The notes under the pieces are model-generated. The model ran no database searches and was not told the origin of the DNA. It saw nothing but the letters and a program-made list of their open reading frames with translations. A program made the translations under genes and the position numbers. Positions 44,482 through 55,555 of a stretch of DNA of 64,000 nt are shown here, piece by piece; the stretch's first letter is position 1, and every line of letters starts with the position of its first letter. The stretch spans positions 192,001 through 256,000 of the IMG/VR virus record IMGVR_UViG_2974506496_000001; one strand, 5' to 3'. The stretch comes from a virus. Lineage: Duplodnaviria > Caudoviricetes.

Positions 44482-47431
44482 TTAAGCTTGACTTCGCTGA
44501 GGTATGTTTCAGGAAGGTAATGGAGATGTCTTCTTTCACCGTTAAGGTTTCATCCGACGCCACATCTACCCGTTTCTTGATGGCACACCGCATGGTGTCA
44601 TCTAATGCGGTCATGACTTTGATGTCACCGTTCACCCCGAGTGCTTTAAACTCGATGTCAACCACATCAGACGTTCGATACGGTTTCAGCGCATCAACCA
44701 GATCTGTTAGACCAAAGGTCGCCCGGGCAATCACAGCAGCAACCGCTGGACTCACTTTCGCTGACAGGTTGTCACGCAACGAGGTGTTCTTGTAACCGTT
44801 GTCGGTCATGTAGAAGGTTACGTCAAAACCAATCGCGGCGGAGATCTGACGAGACTCTCGTGCATTGGCAATCACATCGATCAAGCCCAGGGTTTGTTTC
44901 GGTCGTAACGACACCGTGGTCTTCTCAAGCAACTGCCGCTTCACCGTAACCATATCTTGCGTCACCCAGTCAACCAGATCAGAGATCACATCAGTGATGT
45001 ATGTCTTATCCAGCGGGTTACCGGTAAAGTAGTAGACACCATCCAGACCCACCACATCGATCTCACGCACCACCACACGTTCATTAAGCGGGATAGGGTT
45101 ACCTTGCTCATCCGACTTAATGTCACCCACCCGATAACGATAGATGATGTTGTTATCAGCGTCATACATGATGTCGCCTTTGGCGTGCAGGATGATCGGT
45201 TGGTTGTTGCTGTCAAACACCAATTGGTTAGTGACCGCATCACGCTGATACACTGTCTCTGCATAGCGCCATGGTACATCGACATCATACTTCTGATACT
45301 CGATGTCAGACACCACTGAACGTGACCGCTGATACAGATAGGTCAGGGCTTTGCCCATCACCACATCGTAGGACTGCTCCGTCACCACCACGAACTGCTG
45401 ATCCAGGTAGAAACTCCCCAGCTTCTTATCACTGTCGCTGTACACCACATCGTTCGGTGATTTGGCCACCGCAATACAGTTCAGCAGGATGAAGTTCTTT
45501 TCCAGTACCGAGCGCAACTTAGACGGTGCATTACCAAACTGACCAAAGGAGGTCAGGATGATCTCGTCCTCGTTGGTGATGTCGAGATTACTGTCAATGT
45601 CAAACTGCCAGACACGTTCGCGGGTTGCTGTCCGACCGATCATCACGCCATTGAGGTAGCCGTAGTTGCTTTCCCCTTCTGGCATGAACAGTAACTGACA
45701 CGCCACATCGCTGTCTGCCAGGTCTTTGTAGTAATCACCTGAACTCGTCACCACGGTTGCTCTAAAGCCATTGGTGGTTTTGGTAAAGGTAAAACTGTCC
45801 GCCACAAGTTCAACACCGATGGAGTTGTTCTCATAGCTGAATACCCGACCTGCTACAGAAGGACGATCCAGATCATAGACCCGAGTGGTAAACGCATCGT
45901 TATTCGCATCCAACACCATGTAGAAAGGTGAGAACATGAACACGTTGTTGTTGACCGTCAAGGCACGACTGTCTAATCCCGCACCGTTGATCGTAGCCAG
46001 CTCCGCATCGGATACCATGTTGTAGATGCCGTTGACCAGCCGGTATAAGGCGGTCGGGGTGATGGTGATGCGATTGCCGTTGTCACGCACTGCGGTATTA
46101 CTGACCAACTGCAACATCGATGACTGCAGGGTAATGATCCCGGTACCGGCCGGCGTGTTGATACCAGACTTGTTGGTCTGCGGATTCAGTGACCGTGTCG
46201 CATGGTAAATACGTTGCGTCACTGTGTCTTCTGATTTCAATGCCCCGTAGCCTAAATCGACCAGGGTTTGTGAGACCTGCGCTTCAGTAATCGGTAAGAC
46301 CGTTTTATTGGCCGAATAGATCACCGCTTCCCGCAACGCTTCAACACTGAGACCGTTCACCCCACCGCTGACACCGCTGCTGATCGACATGGTCTTTTCA
46401 TTAAAGACGGTCAATGGGGTAGAGTACTTATCCAACACCCGATCTTCGTAATTGAAGTCACGGTAGACCGCACTGATTGAAGAAGACTGCAGCGCCAGCG
46501 TTTCGATAACCAGGTTACCTTTACTGGTGTAGACATCCGCCCGCACCTGACGACCCACTGCCAGATTGTTGGAGATGTAGATTTCCGGTAGCACAACCTT
46601 CACTGAGTCTTCTAACACCTGGGCGACGAAGGTCAGCTTGGTGTTGTCATAGACCAGGTCATCATGGGTGACGTACGCCTCTTCCCACTCATCGGTCACA
46701 TTCGCCCGCGTAAAGACGCGCAGGTAATAGAACTGATCACCTTTTAATGGATAGGTATTGCGATACCCACTCATGCTGGTAATCTGACCGTAATAAGGCT
46801 GGGCTTTGAACTGACGTAAAGGTACCGTGATGTAGAGCAGTTCAACCCCGTTGAAGATCGCAGTGCGCCAGGTTAACTGGTTGGTTTCAACCGTCAGTAA
46901 CGGGCTGGGTTGCGACACATCGTACACCACCACAAAGCCGCCATGTTTCATCACCCGGATTTCAATCGGATACTCCAGACTGAAGGTGACATCCATCACC
47001 GTGATTTCCGTGTTGCGCGGAATCACCATCTTCGAGTAGATGCTGTCGATGTCATCGCTACCACTGCTGTCGAGTTGCACCGCTCGTGCCCGAATCTCAT
47101 CGGCATTGAAAATGAAGTTGGTGGTGATACGTGACGGAGTACAGAAACGGTTCTTGTAATCCTCATCACTCATGTTGCGATACAGATCTTCATACGTCCG
47201 CGCCATCTTCGGGTAGTACGCCGTATAAAGGTCTTCATGGTTTTGCATCACCGCTGAACCGGTCAGGGCAACCAGCTCAAAAGCAAACATCGCAGGGTTG
47301 GTGGCATTCATGATATCAATCGTGCCGTCCATGTTTTGGTCTAACAGATCGAGTGTGTAGTCCATCATCAACGATGGATCATTACGCAGGTCGATCATTT
47401 TCTGTTTACGTACGTCGATGCTGTCGCTCAT
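44474..47431 (-). CDS. Large virion structural protein, probably baseplate wedge (phiKZ gp87 position)
   Basis: 985 aa, beta-rich; SGGVNGLSVEALRE resembles the baseplate J/gp6 GG...E....LR motif; reverse-strand pair inside the head cluster. Confidence 0.6.
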   Translation of the reverse strand: MSDSIDVRKQKMIDLRNDPSLMMDYTLDLLDQNMDGTIDIMNATNPAMFAFELVALTGSAVMQNHEDLYTAYYPKMARTYEDLYRNMSDEDYKNRFCTPSRITTNFIFNADEIRARAVQLDSSGSDDIDSIYSKMVIPRNTEITVMDVTFSLEYPIEIRVMKHGGFVVVYDVSQPSPLLTVETNQLTWRTAIFNGVELLYITVPLRQFKAQPYYGQITSMSGYRNTYPLKGDQFYYLRVFTRANVTDEWEEAYVTHDDLVYDNTKLTFVAQVLEDSVKVVLPEIYISNNLAVGRQVRADVYTSKGNLVIETLALQSSSISAVYRDFNYEDRVLDKYSTPLTVFNEKTMSISSGVSGGVNGLSVEALREAVIYSANKTVLPITEAQVSQTLVDLGYGALKSEDTVTQRIYHATRSLNPQTNKSGINTPAGTGIITLQSSMLQLVSNTAVRDNGNRITITPTALYRLVNGIYNMVSDAELATINGAGLDSRALTVNNNVFMFSPFYMVLDANNDAFTTRVYDLDRPSVAGRVFSYENNSIGVELVADSFTFTKTTNGFRATVVTSSGDYYKDLADSDVACQLLFMPEGESNYGYLNGVMIGRTATRERVWQFDIDSNLDITNEDEIILTSFGQFGNAPSKLRSVLEKNFILLNCIAVAKSPNDVVYSDSDKKLGSFYLDQQFVVVTEQSYDVVMGKALTYLYQRSRSVVSDIEYQKYDVDVPWRYAETVYQRDAVTNQLVFDSNNQPIILHAKGDIMYDADNNIIYRYRVGDIKSDEQGNPIPLNERVVVREIDVVGLDGVYYFTGNPLDKTYITDVISDLVDWVTQDMVTVKRQLLEKTTVSLRPKQTLGLIDVIANARESRQISAAIGFDVTFYMTDNGYKNTSLRDNLSAKVSPAVAAVIARATFGLTDLVDALKPYRTSDVVDIEFKALGVNGDIKVMTALDDTMRCAIKKRVDVASDETLTVKEDISITFLKHTSAKSSLTA

Positions 47432-47440
47432 CGTAGCCTC

Positions 47441-48466
47441 TTATTTTTGATCCTTCGGAACCCACCACTGGAATTCGTTCGTCATCACGTCGATATAAGG
47501 ATAACCAATAAAGTTGTAGCGCTGCATTTCACCCGGGGAGATTTTGCGGAAGAACGTGTTACGGTTTGCGGCTTTCATCTGCGGGTTAAATAACTCGACA
47601 CAACTGTTGAAATCCAGGATCAGGGATTGCGTGTTATAGCGCCAGCCCACACACTGCCAGTTACAACTGATTTGGTTATTGTTCTTGATCAGTGGGGTGT
47701 CTTTGGTGGTGCCAAAGTCAAACGCATTACCAATCGGGTTGGTGGTACAGATTGCTGCGTAGGGTGCACCGATCTTCGTCACATAGCGTGAAGTCTGATC
47801 CAGGATGATGCGATAGAAGCGCATGGTGTAATCAATATAGTTGTTAACAATGGCGTCCCAATAGGGAACCATGTCGCCAAGGTATACCGATGAGCTGTAC
47901 GTTTGCAGCAGATCCAGAATCATGGTGATCGGGTCACCTGAGATGTTGGTGTGCGTTGATGTCACCTGATAGGCTTCATTAAACTCCGATTGCCCATCGA
48001 CCATCGACCAGGTTTCTTTACGTGAGCCTGGTGGTGCAGTAAAGGTATCGATCACGATATCGGGAAAACCGGTCATCGATTCCAGGGTGTTTGATAAAAT
48101 GGACACGAAGGCCTGTTGGTTATCAAACAGTCTGGAGTAGCTTTTTCGATCAATTGTGCCGGTCGCATCAAACATCGAACGGATCGCACCAGGGATCGTA
48201 TCGGCGTTGTTTGAAGCAAGCGAAAGCAGCTTTTCTTGTCGATTCAGATTATCGTATGACAGGTTAAGGATTGGGCGTGTGAAAAAGGTATACCCCATGA
48301 CGTCTTTGTTGATGGGTAGAAAGGCGCTACGGTTACTGAATTTGTTCAAACCCCAATAGTTATGCGCAAGCGATGAGGTTACACTACCATACCCGGACTC
48401 CCTTGCAGCCGAGTCAATACTCTCGGTCCACAACCCAGGATTGTAGTCGTCATTGTCATTGGCCAT
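47441..48466 (-). CDS. Virion structural protein (phiKZ gp88 position)
   Basis: 341 aa, GAGG RBS; synteny. Confidence 0.55.
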   Translation of the reverse strand: MANDNDDYNPGLWTESIDSAARESGYGSVTSSLAHNYWGLNKFSNRSAFLPINKDVMGYTFFTRPILNLSYDNLNRQEKLLSLASNNADTIPGAIRSMFDATGTIDRKSYSRLFDNQQAFVSILSNTLESMTGFPDIVIDTFTAPPGSRKETWSMVDGQSEFNEAYQVTSTHTNISGDPITMILDLLQTYSSSVYLGDMVPYWDAIVNNYIDYTMRFYRIILDQTSRYVTKIGAPYAAICTTNPIGNAFDFGTTKDTPLIKNNNQISCNWQCVGWRYNTQSLILDFNSCVELFNPQMKAANRNTFFRKISPGEMQRYNFIGYPYIDVMTNEFQWWVPKDQK

Positions 48467-48519
48467 TACTCATCACCTCTTTGAAATAGAATATCCGTTG
48501 AATCCATAGGAGTACTTTT

Positions 48520-49686
48520 ATGTTACCATTAGTTACGGGGGCGATTACACTGGCCAGTTCGCTTGCGCTTGTCGCCGAACGTATTCTGGCAGCCAAGAAA
48601 GCTGCTGGTGAAGTCGCTGGTACTGTTGACAATACGTTGGCCACGTTAGGCCAGATGGGCACACGTGATTTGGTAACCTTTACCAAAGTGACCCGCATGG
48701 AACCTCTGGTGTTGTTAGATGATCGTTTGAAGTTTGATCCTTCGACCCCTGAGATCCTGCAAGTACTGACCAGTTTGATTGCCGGCTACTATACCCAGGC
48801 GTTTGCCCTGCTGGGCCAGGTCGACGGTATTGACGTCATTGGCACCCTGGATAAGCTGAACCCGTCACGTACTGGTATTGGCCTGAACAACTTTGAAGGT
48901 GATCTTGAGAAAGACGGCCTCCATAAATTTAGTAACCAGTCAAATACCCCTCTCTATAGTATCGGGCTGGAAGCACTGACTGAAGTGCAGAGCGCTGAGA
49001 ACAAGCCGGTTAAAATCCAGACCGATAAAAATGTCGTGGCTGATATTTCGGCACCGACTAACCTGGCGCTGGGTAAGATGATCAAGGTGACCTTGTCAGC
49101 TAATGGCAACACCATTGAGATCCCAATCACCATCCGTGTGAAACCTGTCACCACCGGTAGCGATGCCGTCACGGCGATTCTGGCTATTGGTACCACGAAG
49201 AACACTGTGGCTGAGCGCTGGAACCGTTTCAAAGCTGGTGAGCTGACCTTCACTAACCTGGCCACTGGCGATGACGTGATTCGTCAACACAAGAAGATCC
49301 TGGTGCAGGATACCTCGGGCTTCTATGCCGAGATCACCCGTCGTGCCCGTGGTAATGCGAAGAAAGGCGCCCTGTCCGGTAACCTGTCGCTGGCTACGGA
49401 TTCTAACGTGGTAATGATCTCTTCAGCCACGGCGCTGGATGTGGGTCGCGAGCTCGGCGGTGAACTGTCCAACTTCCGTATCCGTGAAGCGATGTTCGCC
49501 AAGGTGTACTCTAACATGCTGATCATCGTGGATGACCTGCGTGGCATGGTCTCCTTCTACTACCGCGGTGAGTCATTACCAAACGTGCTGTCGCTGCAGG
49601 ATATCAAACTGTATAACAAAGGCAGCGGTCCAGACATCATGTCGATCTTCAGTGCGTTTGCTGAAAACAAAATCCCTTCCCTTTAA
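48520..49686 (+). CDS. Virion head/inner-body protein (phiKZ gp89 position)
   Basis: 388 aa, AGGAG RBS, internal IGLE-A site. Confidence 0.6.
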   Translation: MLPLVTGAITLASSLALVAERILAAKKAAGEVAGTVDNTLATLGQMGTRDLVTFTKVTRMEPLVLLDDRLKFDPSTPEILQVLTSLIAGYYTQAFALLGQVDGIDVIGTLDKLNPSRTGIGLNNFEGDLEKDGLHKFSNQSNTPLYSIGLEALTEVQSAENKPVKIQTDKNVVADISAPTNLALGKMIKVTLSANGNTIEIPITIRVKPVTTGSDAVTAILAIGTTKNTVAERWNRFKAGELTFTNLATGDDVIRQHKKILVQDTSGFYAEITRRARGNAKKGALSGNLSLATDSNVVMISSATALDVGRELGGELSNFRIREAMFAKVYSNMLIIVDDLRGMVSFYYRGESLPNVLSLQDIKLYNKGSGPDIMSIFSAFAENKIPSL

Positions 49687-49698
49687 GGATCTCGTTCG

Positions 49699-50592
49699 AT
49701 GAACATTTTTAACTACGTCAAAGGCCTGATTGGTACGGTTGACAAACGCGATGTCCTAAGCGAGATCGATGCCCTGCGTGATGAGCTCACCCGGTTCACC
49801 ATTAACAACTATGCGAAAGCCATGGATGTTAATGTCAACACCGACGGCAGTAATTACTACGTAAAACAGATCAGCCGTGAATTCGCGAAAGTGAAACAGG
49901 TTGAAGGTTTACGTGGTCAGAACCTGATCGCTCAAACGTACATCTCCTTAAAGCAGCTGACCCTGACCCTGGAGTGGATGCGCAAACAGGTTGAGCGTGA
50001 GTACGGCGGTCGTATTGCCCGTGAAGCCGTTGACTTTAAACAAGCCAACTTCCTGCGCTATATCGACTCGATCGACTTCTACCTGCGTTACGCTCGCTCC
50101 ATGCTGCTCGTGGTGACGTCCCTGAATGCTAACCCATCAGCGGATATCACTAAAGGCTTCACGGTGCATGAGATCCGTTTCCTGACCGATACTGCTGTGC
50201 ACTTCATCTACCTGACCTCGCTGTTCTCACAGCCGGTGAGTGTGACTGAGAAAGTGTTCGATGCGGTGCCATCGGTTGTGGTCTCCGATGCGGATCAGCA
50301 AGCGATCGAAGCAGTACTGGGTAACAAGACTGATGTGGCGAGGTCTAACTTCATCCCATTGGGTTACAACCCGTTCTTCCTGATTGGTCGTCTGCGTGCT
50401 GAACGTCGTGTGAAACGCCTGCGGGCAGCTGAAGCGGCAGCCATTGCCACTGAGCTGACCTTGAGCAAGCTCATGGACAAACAAGCAGGCGGGTCAGAAG
50501 ACCCCACCATTCAGAAACAAATTGATCATTATCAGAATCAGTTGAACCGACTGAACTTTGAGATCGATCAGATCAAATCCGAAGTCGAGTAA
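49699..50592 (+). CDS. Virion head/inner-body protein (phiKZ gp90 position)
   Basis: 297 aa with a C-terminal coiled coil; synteny. Confidence 0.6.
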   Translation: MNIFNYVKGLIGTVDKRDVLSEIDALRDELTRFTINNYAKAMDVNVNTDGSNYYVKQISREFAKVKQVEGLRGQNLIAQTYISLKQLTLTLEWMRKQVEREYGGRIAREAVDFKQANFLRYIDSIDFYLRYARSMLLVVTSLNANPSADITKGFTVHEIRFLTDTAVHFIYLTSLFSQPVSVTEKVFDAVPSVVVSDADQQAIEAVLGNKTDVARSNFIPLGYNPFFLIGRLRAERRVKRLRAAEAAAIATELTLSKLMDKQAGGSEDPTIQKQIDHYQNQLNRLNFEIDQIKSEVE

Positions 50593-50602
50593 GGAGTCCG
50601 TC

Positions 50603-51142
50603 ATGGCAGATCGTGTTAGTACTGGTGCAGAGATTATCTACGGCACCGGCTTTACCTCCCATGGCGGCCCAGGACAGCAAGGCGTAAAGATCAACGTCGA
50701 CAACAACGTCATTGATCTTTACCAGCGTTTGGCAGGCAACATCACGCTCGCCGGTAACTTTAACTTCCGAAAAGAAGTGTGTGTTACTGCTGCACGACTG
50801 TTACTGCCATTGCCAAACTGGCTCCTGGCCACCCGTAGTAATTACCTGCACTCCAAACACGCGCTGTTGTTCGCCCGTGACCTGGGGTTGATTGCGATGG
50901 GTAAGAGTCCGGACATGAGTGTGATGACGCGCATGCGTCTGTTTTCACCCAGTTCTGTGAAGTCCAACCCGGGTGAGCTGAATGCGTCGAATTACGATGC
51001 ACTCTCGTTGATCCCTAATAAGTTCATTGATGAGCTGCGTACCTATTCCAATGGTGCACAGCTGGCTAACCTGACCCGCGACGCACAGCATGTGAAAGAC
51101 CTGGTCACGTCATTATATGTCATGTTTGGTTCTGTTGAATAA
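50603..51142 (+). CDS. Putative virion structural protein
   Basis: Start moved to ATG 50603 (TAAGGAG RBS). Confidence 0.6.
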   Translation: MADRVSTGAEIIYGTGFTSHGGPGQQGVKINVDNNVIDLYQRLAGNITLAGNFNFRKEVCVTAARLLLPLPNWLLATRSNYLHSKHALLFARDLGLIAMGKSPDMSVMTRMRLFSPSSVKSNPGELNASNYDALSLIPNKFIDELRTYSNGAQLANLTRDAQHVKDLVTSLYVMFGSVE

Positions 51143-51179
51143 CAGGCCTCAAAATCGGAATGTAGAGGATACGTAAAAA

Positions 51180-52769
51180 ATGAGTAAAGCATACCTCCAT
51201 ACCCTGCTGACTGCAGGTAATGAAGCGTTTGATGCAGCCGGCGAACCAGTGGGTGTGACTGTGGTTGATGCCCCGATCGAAGTGCCTGTTGTTGCAGACC
51301 CAGCAGTTGAGCCAGAAGCCCCAGCGGTAACTGATGCGCCAGTGGTTACGCAGGACCCGGTTGAGCCTGATCCAGAACCAGCAGCGGTCGTCGTTGCCAT
51401 CAACGAAGATGAGAAAGAGCTGGTCATTGCGTCTACTGAAGCGGCTGCGGCCGAAGTGGTTGTGATCGAATCTGATTGCGCGCTGGAAGAAGTTGAAGAC
51501 CTGCTCGACGACCAGATCCAGGTTGTAGCGGAAACTGAAAACATCGTCGCCTCTATGGAATCGTTCGTCGGTTCTGCGATGACCATGCAGGATGCGCAAG
51601 CCCTGCAGCAGTGGGTGCATAACGCCACCCGTGGTCAATATGACCAAGCTAAAGTTGTCGGCTCTCTGGAAGCGTTCGGTAACGACGTCTCTACCGATGA
51701 TGCGCTGAACGCTGGCCTGGAAGGGATCGGCGAGTTCCTGAAAGCTGCCCGTAATAAAGCAGCTGATCTGCGTAAAGTCATGGTTGCGCGCTGGAACGCT
51801 TTCTTCAAAGATGTGTTCGTGGGCTTTGATAAAGTTGCACGTCGTGCTGATGCGCTGGGTAAACTGGCGAAAGGTACTTCAGGCGAATCCAACTCCTCTA
51901 CTATTCAGCTGCCGCTGGATACGGCCTGGCGTCTGGTGAAAGATGGTAAGGTTTCTCAGAACCTGCCGAAAGATCTGGGTGACCTGGGTAAATTTGCCAA
52001 GGCGGTCTTTAAAGACAACCCGGAAGCGCTGCTGGTGCATCGTAAGAAACTGGTTGACATCGCTGTTCGTCTGTCTACTGCTGACTATGACGACGCACTG
52101 AAGATCGGCAAAGAGCTGGTGAACTTCGAACTGCCAAGCGTTGGCGTGTGCAAAACCAAAGTGGTCAACAACTCCAACACGGTTGATGTGTATCGCTCTG
52201 ATGAGTTCCTGGGTGCGCTGTCTATTTTCTATTGCAAGCCTGTTGACAAAATCAATGCGCAGTTACCACTGCCGCGTCAGCTGTCTGACAAGTTCAACTC
52301 CATCATCGCGATCGATGTGAGCGTGTCTGAAACCGGTAAGAAAACACCGAAGCTGGATGTCTCTATTGATACCCTGCAACCGGCTGAAATCGCCAAAGTG
52401 GCTGATGATGTCAACGCTATCCTGGGCGACATCCGTCAGTACCGCACCAACTACGGTGAGTGGTATGCGGCGAACAGCGATCTGGATCGTGTGATCGGTA
52501 TCCTGGCGAACGTACCGTGGTCTGGCGATGCTGGCACCACTACTGTCGACAGCACCACTGATGCCGAGGGTAATACCTCAACCATCGTGAACATCATCGG
52601 TCTGAACCGCGACCTGGCGGATGTGATTGAAGGCATGCATGACATGTATAGCTACCTGTCTGTAAGCCCGATCCGTGTCCTGTCTGCCGAACTGCTGCCA
52701 ATCCTGAACCGTGCACTGGAAGTGGGTGAGCGTTCTCTGGCAACCTACAGCGACAACAACCTGGCGTAA
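51180..52769 (+). CDS. phiKZ-like internal head (inner body) protein, paralog 1
   Basis: Acidic propeptide with AGNE-AF, SME-SF, SLE-AF and AGLE-GI sites. Confidence 0.75.
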   Translation: MSKAYLHTLLTAGNEAFDAAGEPVGVTVVDAPIEVPVVADPAVEPEAPAVTDAPVVTQDPVEPDPEPAAVVVAINEDEKELVIASTEAAAAEVVVIESDCALEEVEDLLDDQIQVVAETENIVASMESFVGSAMTMQDAQALQQWVHNATRGQYDQAKVVGSLEAFGNDVSTDDALNAGLEGIGEFLKAARNKAADLRKVMVARWNAFFKDVFVGFDKVARRADALGKLAKGTSGESNSSTIQLPLDTAWRLVKDGKVSQNLPKDLGDLGKFAKAVFKDNPEALLVHRKKLVDIAVRLSTADYDDALKIGKELVNFELPSVGVCKTKVVNNSNTVDVYRSDEFLGALSIFYCKPVDKINAQLPLPRQLSDKFNSIIAIDVSVSETGKKTPKLDVSIDTLQPAEIAKVADDVNAILGDIRQYRTNYGEWYAANSDLDRVIGILANVPWSGDAGTTTVDSTTDAEGNTSTIVNIIGLNRDLADVIEGMHDMYSYLSVSPIRVLSAELLPILNRALEVGERSLATYSDNNLA

Positions 52770-52787
52770 CCGTCATAAGGCAAAGAG

Positions 52788-54173
52788 ATGTCTTTACACC
52801 AAAAGCTCCTCTCTGCCGGGCTGGAGGCGTTTGATGCGCCTCCGGCTGCTCCGGTAGTAGCGGCAGTAGTACCTGCTCCATTTGATAACAACGCCCCGGT
52901 TAGCGAAGACCCGGAACTGATTCGTGAAGAGACTGCCGCTCGTTTAGCGCTCGTGTCGATCATCGAAGCGGAACGTGACGAAGAAGACTCGCGGTCAGCG
53001 GTTTACGAACTGCGTCGTCTGTCTGATGGTTTGGAAGGGTTGATGGTTGAGATTCAAAACGTCAACAACCCAGAAGAACCGACTGAAGACGAAATGGCGA
53101 TGTTGAAAGCCACCGCCCAGCAAGTACGTAAAGAGCTGCTGGAAGATGGTGAGCAAGAACTCGTCATCAATGTCGAAAACGGCATTCTGGTCGGTTCACA
53201 GGAAGGTCTGGCTGATGCCCTCAGTAATGTGGCGAAGAAGATCGGTTTTGCATTAGGTAATGCAGCGAAAGGTTTACTGAGCAAAGGCGAGCAGGCGAAA
53301 GCGCCGTTGTCTTATAACCGTAAACTGGCAGCTGAACTGAAAGCGAAAATCGATAAGCTCGGCACGACAGAATTTGACTTTACCATGCCAGCTGATCTGG
53401 TCCGTCAGATTCGTGTGAGCGATACCGGTCCGGTTGATGCACTCAAAGCAGTAGCAGACTTCCCGGCAGCACTTGATGCCTGGTATCTGACCCCTGCTGA
53501 TGCAGCAATGAACCTGTTTGAAAAACACGCCAACATCGTGCAGGCGATTGCCGGTAGCAAGACTCTCGAAGAGTTCAACACGAACTATGCGAAACTGAGC
53601 TCACTGGCACCACCGCTACCTGCAGGCGCTAAACGCCTTGATCCGATTAACACGCGGGATTATATCTTCGATGTTAATGAACATCACCCAAGTATGGGTC
53701 GTGTGGCTCGCTACTATTATGTTGCGCGTCCGGATGTGGGTAAAACGCCTGAAGATAAAGCGCTGGATAATGTCATTGCTTTGGCGCAGTATTCGACCGG
53801 GATCTATCCGTTCGATAAGATCTCTAAACGCAAAGCAACTGATGAGCAGGTGAAGTTCAGCGCGGCTGAAGTCAAAGGCTTGCTGGATGACATGCTGAAA
53901 GCGTGTGACGTGGTTGATAAGTACCTTTCACGTCTTGCAGTCGCCAGCACAATGGATAAGCGCTACAACGCTCTGGTTGATTTACTCAATAGCGACTTGC
54001 GTAAACAAGAGTGGTGTTCCACAGAAGTCAACCGCATGGCACGCGTTGCGTTGATCTCAATGGATGCGTATTATTCATACGGGTTTGCTTATACCAGTCG
54101 TGCTTACGAGCTGATGGAGGTGATCGTCAAGTTGGTGAAGAAAGCCGTGTATAAATCTGACCTCAGTAAGTAA
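52788..54173 (+). CDS. phiKZ-like internal head protein, paralog 2
   Basis: AGLE-AF, GLE-GL and SQE-GL sites; N-terminus similar to paralog 1. Confidence 0.75.
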   Translation: MSLHQKLLSAGLEAFDAPPAAPVVAAVVPAPFDNNAPVSEDPELIREETAARLALVSIIEAERDEEDSRSAVYELRRLSDGLEGLMVEIQNVNNPEEPTEDEMAMLKATAQQVRKELLEDGEQELVINVENGILVGSQEGLADALSNVAKKIGFALGNAAKGLLSKGEQAKAPLSYNRKLAAELKAKIDKLGTTEFDFTMPADLVRQIRVSDTGPVDALKAVADFPAALDAWYLTPADAAMNLFEKHANIVQAIAGSKTLEEFNTNYAKLSSLAPPLPAGAKRLDPINTRDYIFDVNEHHPSMGRVARYYYVARPDVGKTPEDKALDNVIALAQYSTGIYPFDKISKRKATDEQVKFSAAEVKGLLDDMLKACDVVDKYLSRLAVASTMDKRYNALVDLLNSDLRKQEWCSTEVNRMARVALISMDAYYSYGFAYTSRAYELMEVIVKLVKKAVYKSDLSK

Positions 54174-54184
54174 ACGGAGAAAAC

Positions 54185-55555
54185 ATGTCCGCGATTAATG
54201 ACTTTCTATTTACTGCGGGCATGGAGGGGTTTAACGACCCCTCCTCTATACCGCCCGTTGGTATAGTTGTGCCCTTTTTTGGTGTTGAGGAGTTCGCCGA
54301 AGCGGATGCTGAACAATCTGTACGTATGACAGAGATGAACCAGCAAGCCGAAGCAATTCAACGCCTGCAACAAACGCTGGTCTACATCAACGCTCACCGT
54401 CCGACCTTTGACCGTGAGAATGCTGCCGTCGTGCAGCAAGCACTGGGTGAAGTGCAGGTACTGATGCCCGACATGGAAGACCCGGTCACCATCATGGGGT
54501 CGCTGGAGCATTATACGCCGGCTTACACCAACCACCTGCTTGCGCACGGTATTGAAGGCATTGGTGATAAGATCCTGAGCGTGGTCAAGAAGATCATCGA
54601 ACTCTTGAAGAAAGGTTATGCCTTCTTGAGTAAAGCCATCCAGGCAAAGGGTGTGGTCTTCGGTAAACAGAAGCGCGAACTCGATGACCTCAATGCGTGG
54701 TTTAAAGAGCAACGCAAAAGCAACGATAAGCCCGCTACCACCACCGGTAATGAACCTAAGGTTGTTACGGTCACTGCCCCGACCTATCTGTACACCGTCG
54801 ACAGTAACAAACCGTTAGCGGCAGATCGCTTAGCAAGCGAAGTGGCAAAGTACAATAAATTCCTGCAGGCCTTCTCGGTTGATTTCATCCGGGCGCATAT
54901 TACCCTGGGTGATCTCTATATTCGTGCACTGGGTAGTCTGGATATTGCCAGCACCAGTAACGAAGAGTTGTTCACCAAGATGTTTAAGGGCCAGTTTAAA
55001 TACCAGGCCTCGGGTGCATCGCTGTACACCAAACGCAACGGCGAGATGTGTGATATCGAAACAGTTGGGTTGATTGGCGGGATTGGCTTTAAAGCCTCCA
55101 TCGCGAATATCCTGGTCGCACCGCTTGAGATGACTGCAGACGGTTCTAACCAGCGTAAGTTCTTCAAGCAGATGAACGGGTTATACAACTACAGTTTTGT
55201 CTCCAAAATAAAAATGGATGGCAGTACGGTAGGGAATACCCCAATCTATGCTTGCAGTCTCGCTGACGCTGAGCGGTTGGTGAATCAACTTGATATGTTG
55301 ACCAACTGGATGATTAACAGTCAACACGACGAAGAGATCCGTGACTTTAATAAGCGGGTGACTGAGTGTGTGGATAAGCTGGCTGATCGTGCCGGTCGTC
55401 TGGGTAATGACCGCAGTGATTTTATCACTACTGTGATCAACGCCTTGTCTGGTATCTCCAGTGGTCTGGAAAATGTGTCTCGTGGCATGAATCAGCAAAC
55501 GAACACATTGATCAACAACTTGCGTGAGTACGTTACCAAATCCACGAAAGCGTAA
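54185..55555 (+). CDS. phiKZ-like internal head protein, paralog 3
   Basis: AGME-GF, SLE-HY and GIE-GI sites. Confidence 0.75.
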   Translation: MSAINDFLFTAGMEGFNDPSSIPPVGIVVPFFGVEEFAEADAEQSVRMTEMNQQAEAIQRLQQTLVYINAHRPTFDRENAAVVQQALGEVQVLMPDMEDPVTIMGSLEHYTPAYTNHLLAHGIEGIGDKILSVVKKIIELLKKGYAFLSKAIQAKGVVFGKQKRELDDLNAWFKEQRKSNDKPATTTGNEPKVVTVTAPTYLYTVDSNKPLAADRLASEVAKYNKFLQAFSVDFIRAHITLGDLYIRALGSLDIASTSNEELFTKMFKGQFKYQASGASLYTKRNGEMCDIETVGLIGGIGFKASIANILVAPLEMTADGSNQRKFFKQMNGLYNYSFVSKIKMDGSTVGNTPIYACSLADAERLVNQLDMLTNWMINSQHDEEIRDFNKRVTECVDKLADRAGRLGNDRSDFITTVINALSGISSGLENVSRGMNQQTNTLINNLREYVTKSTKA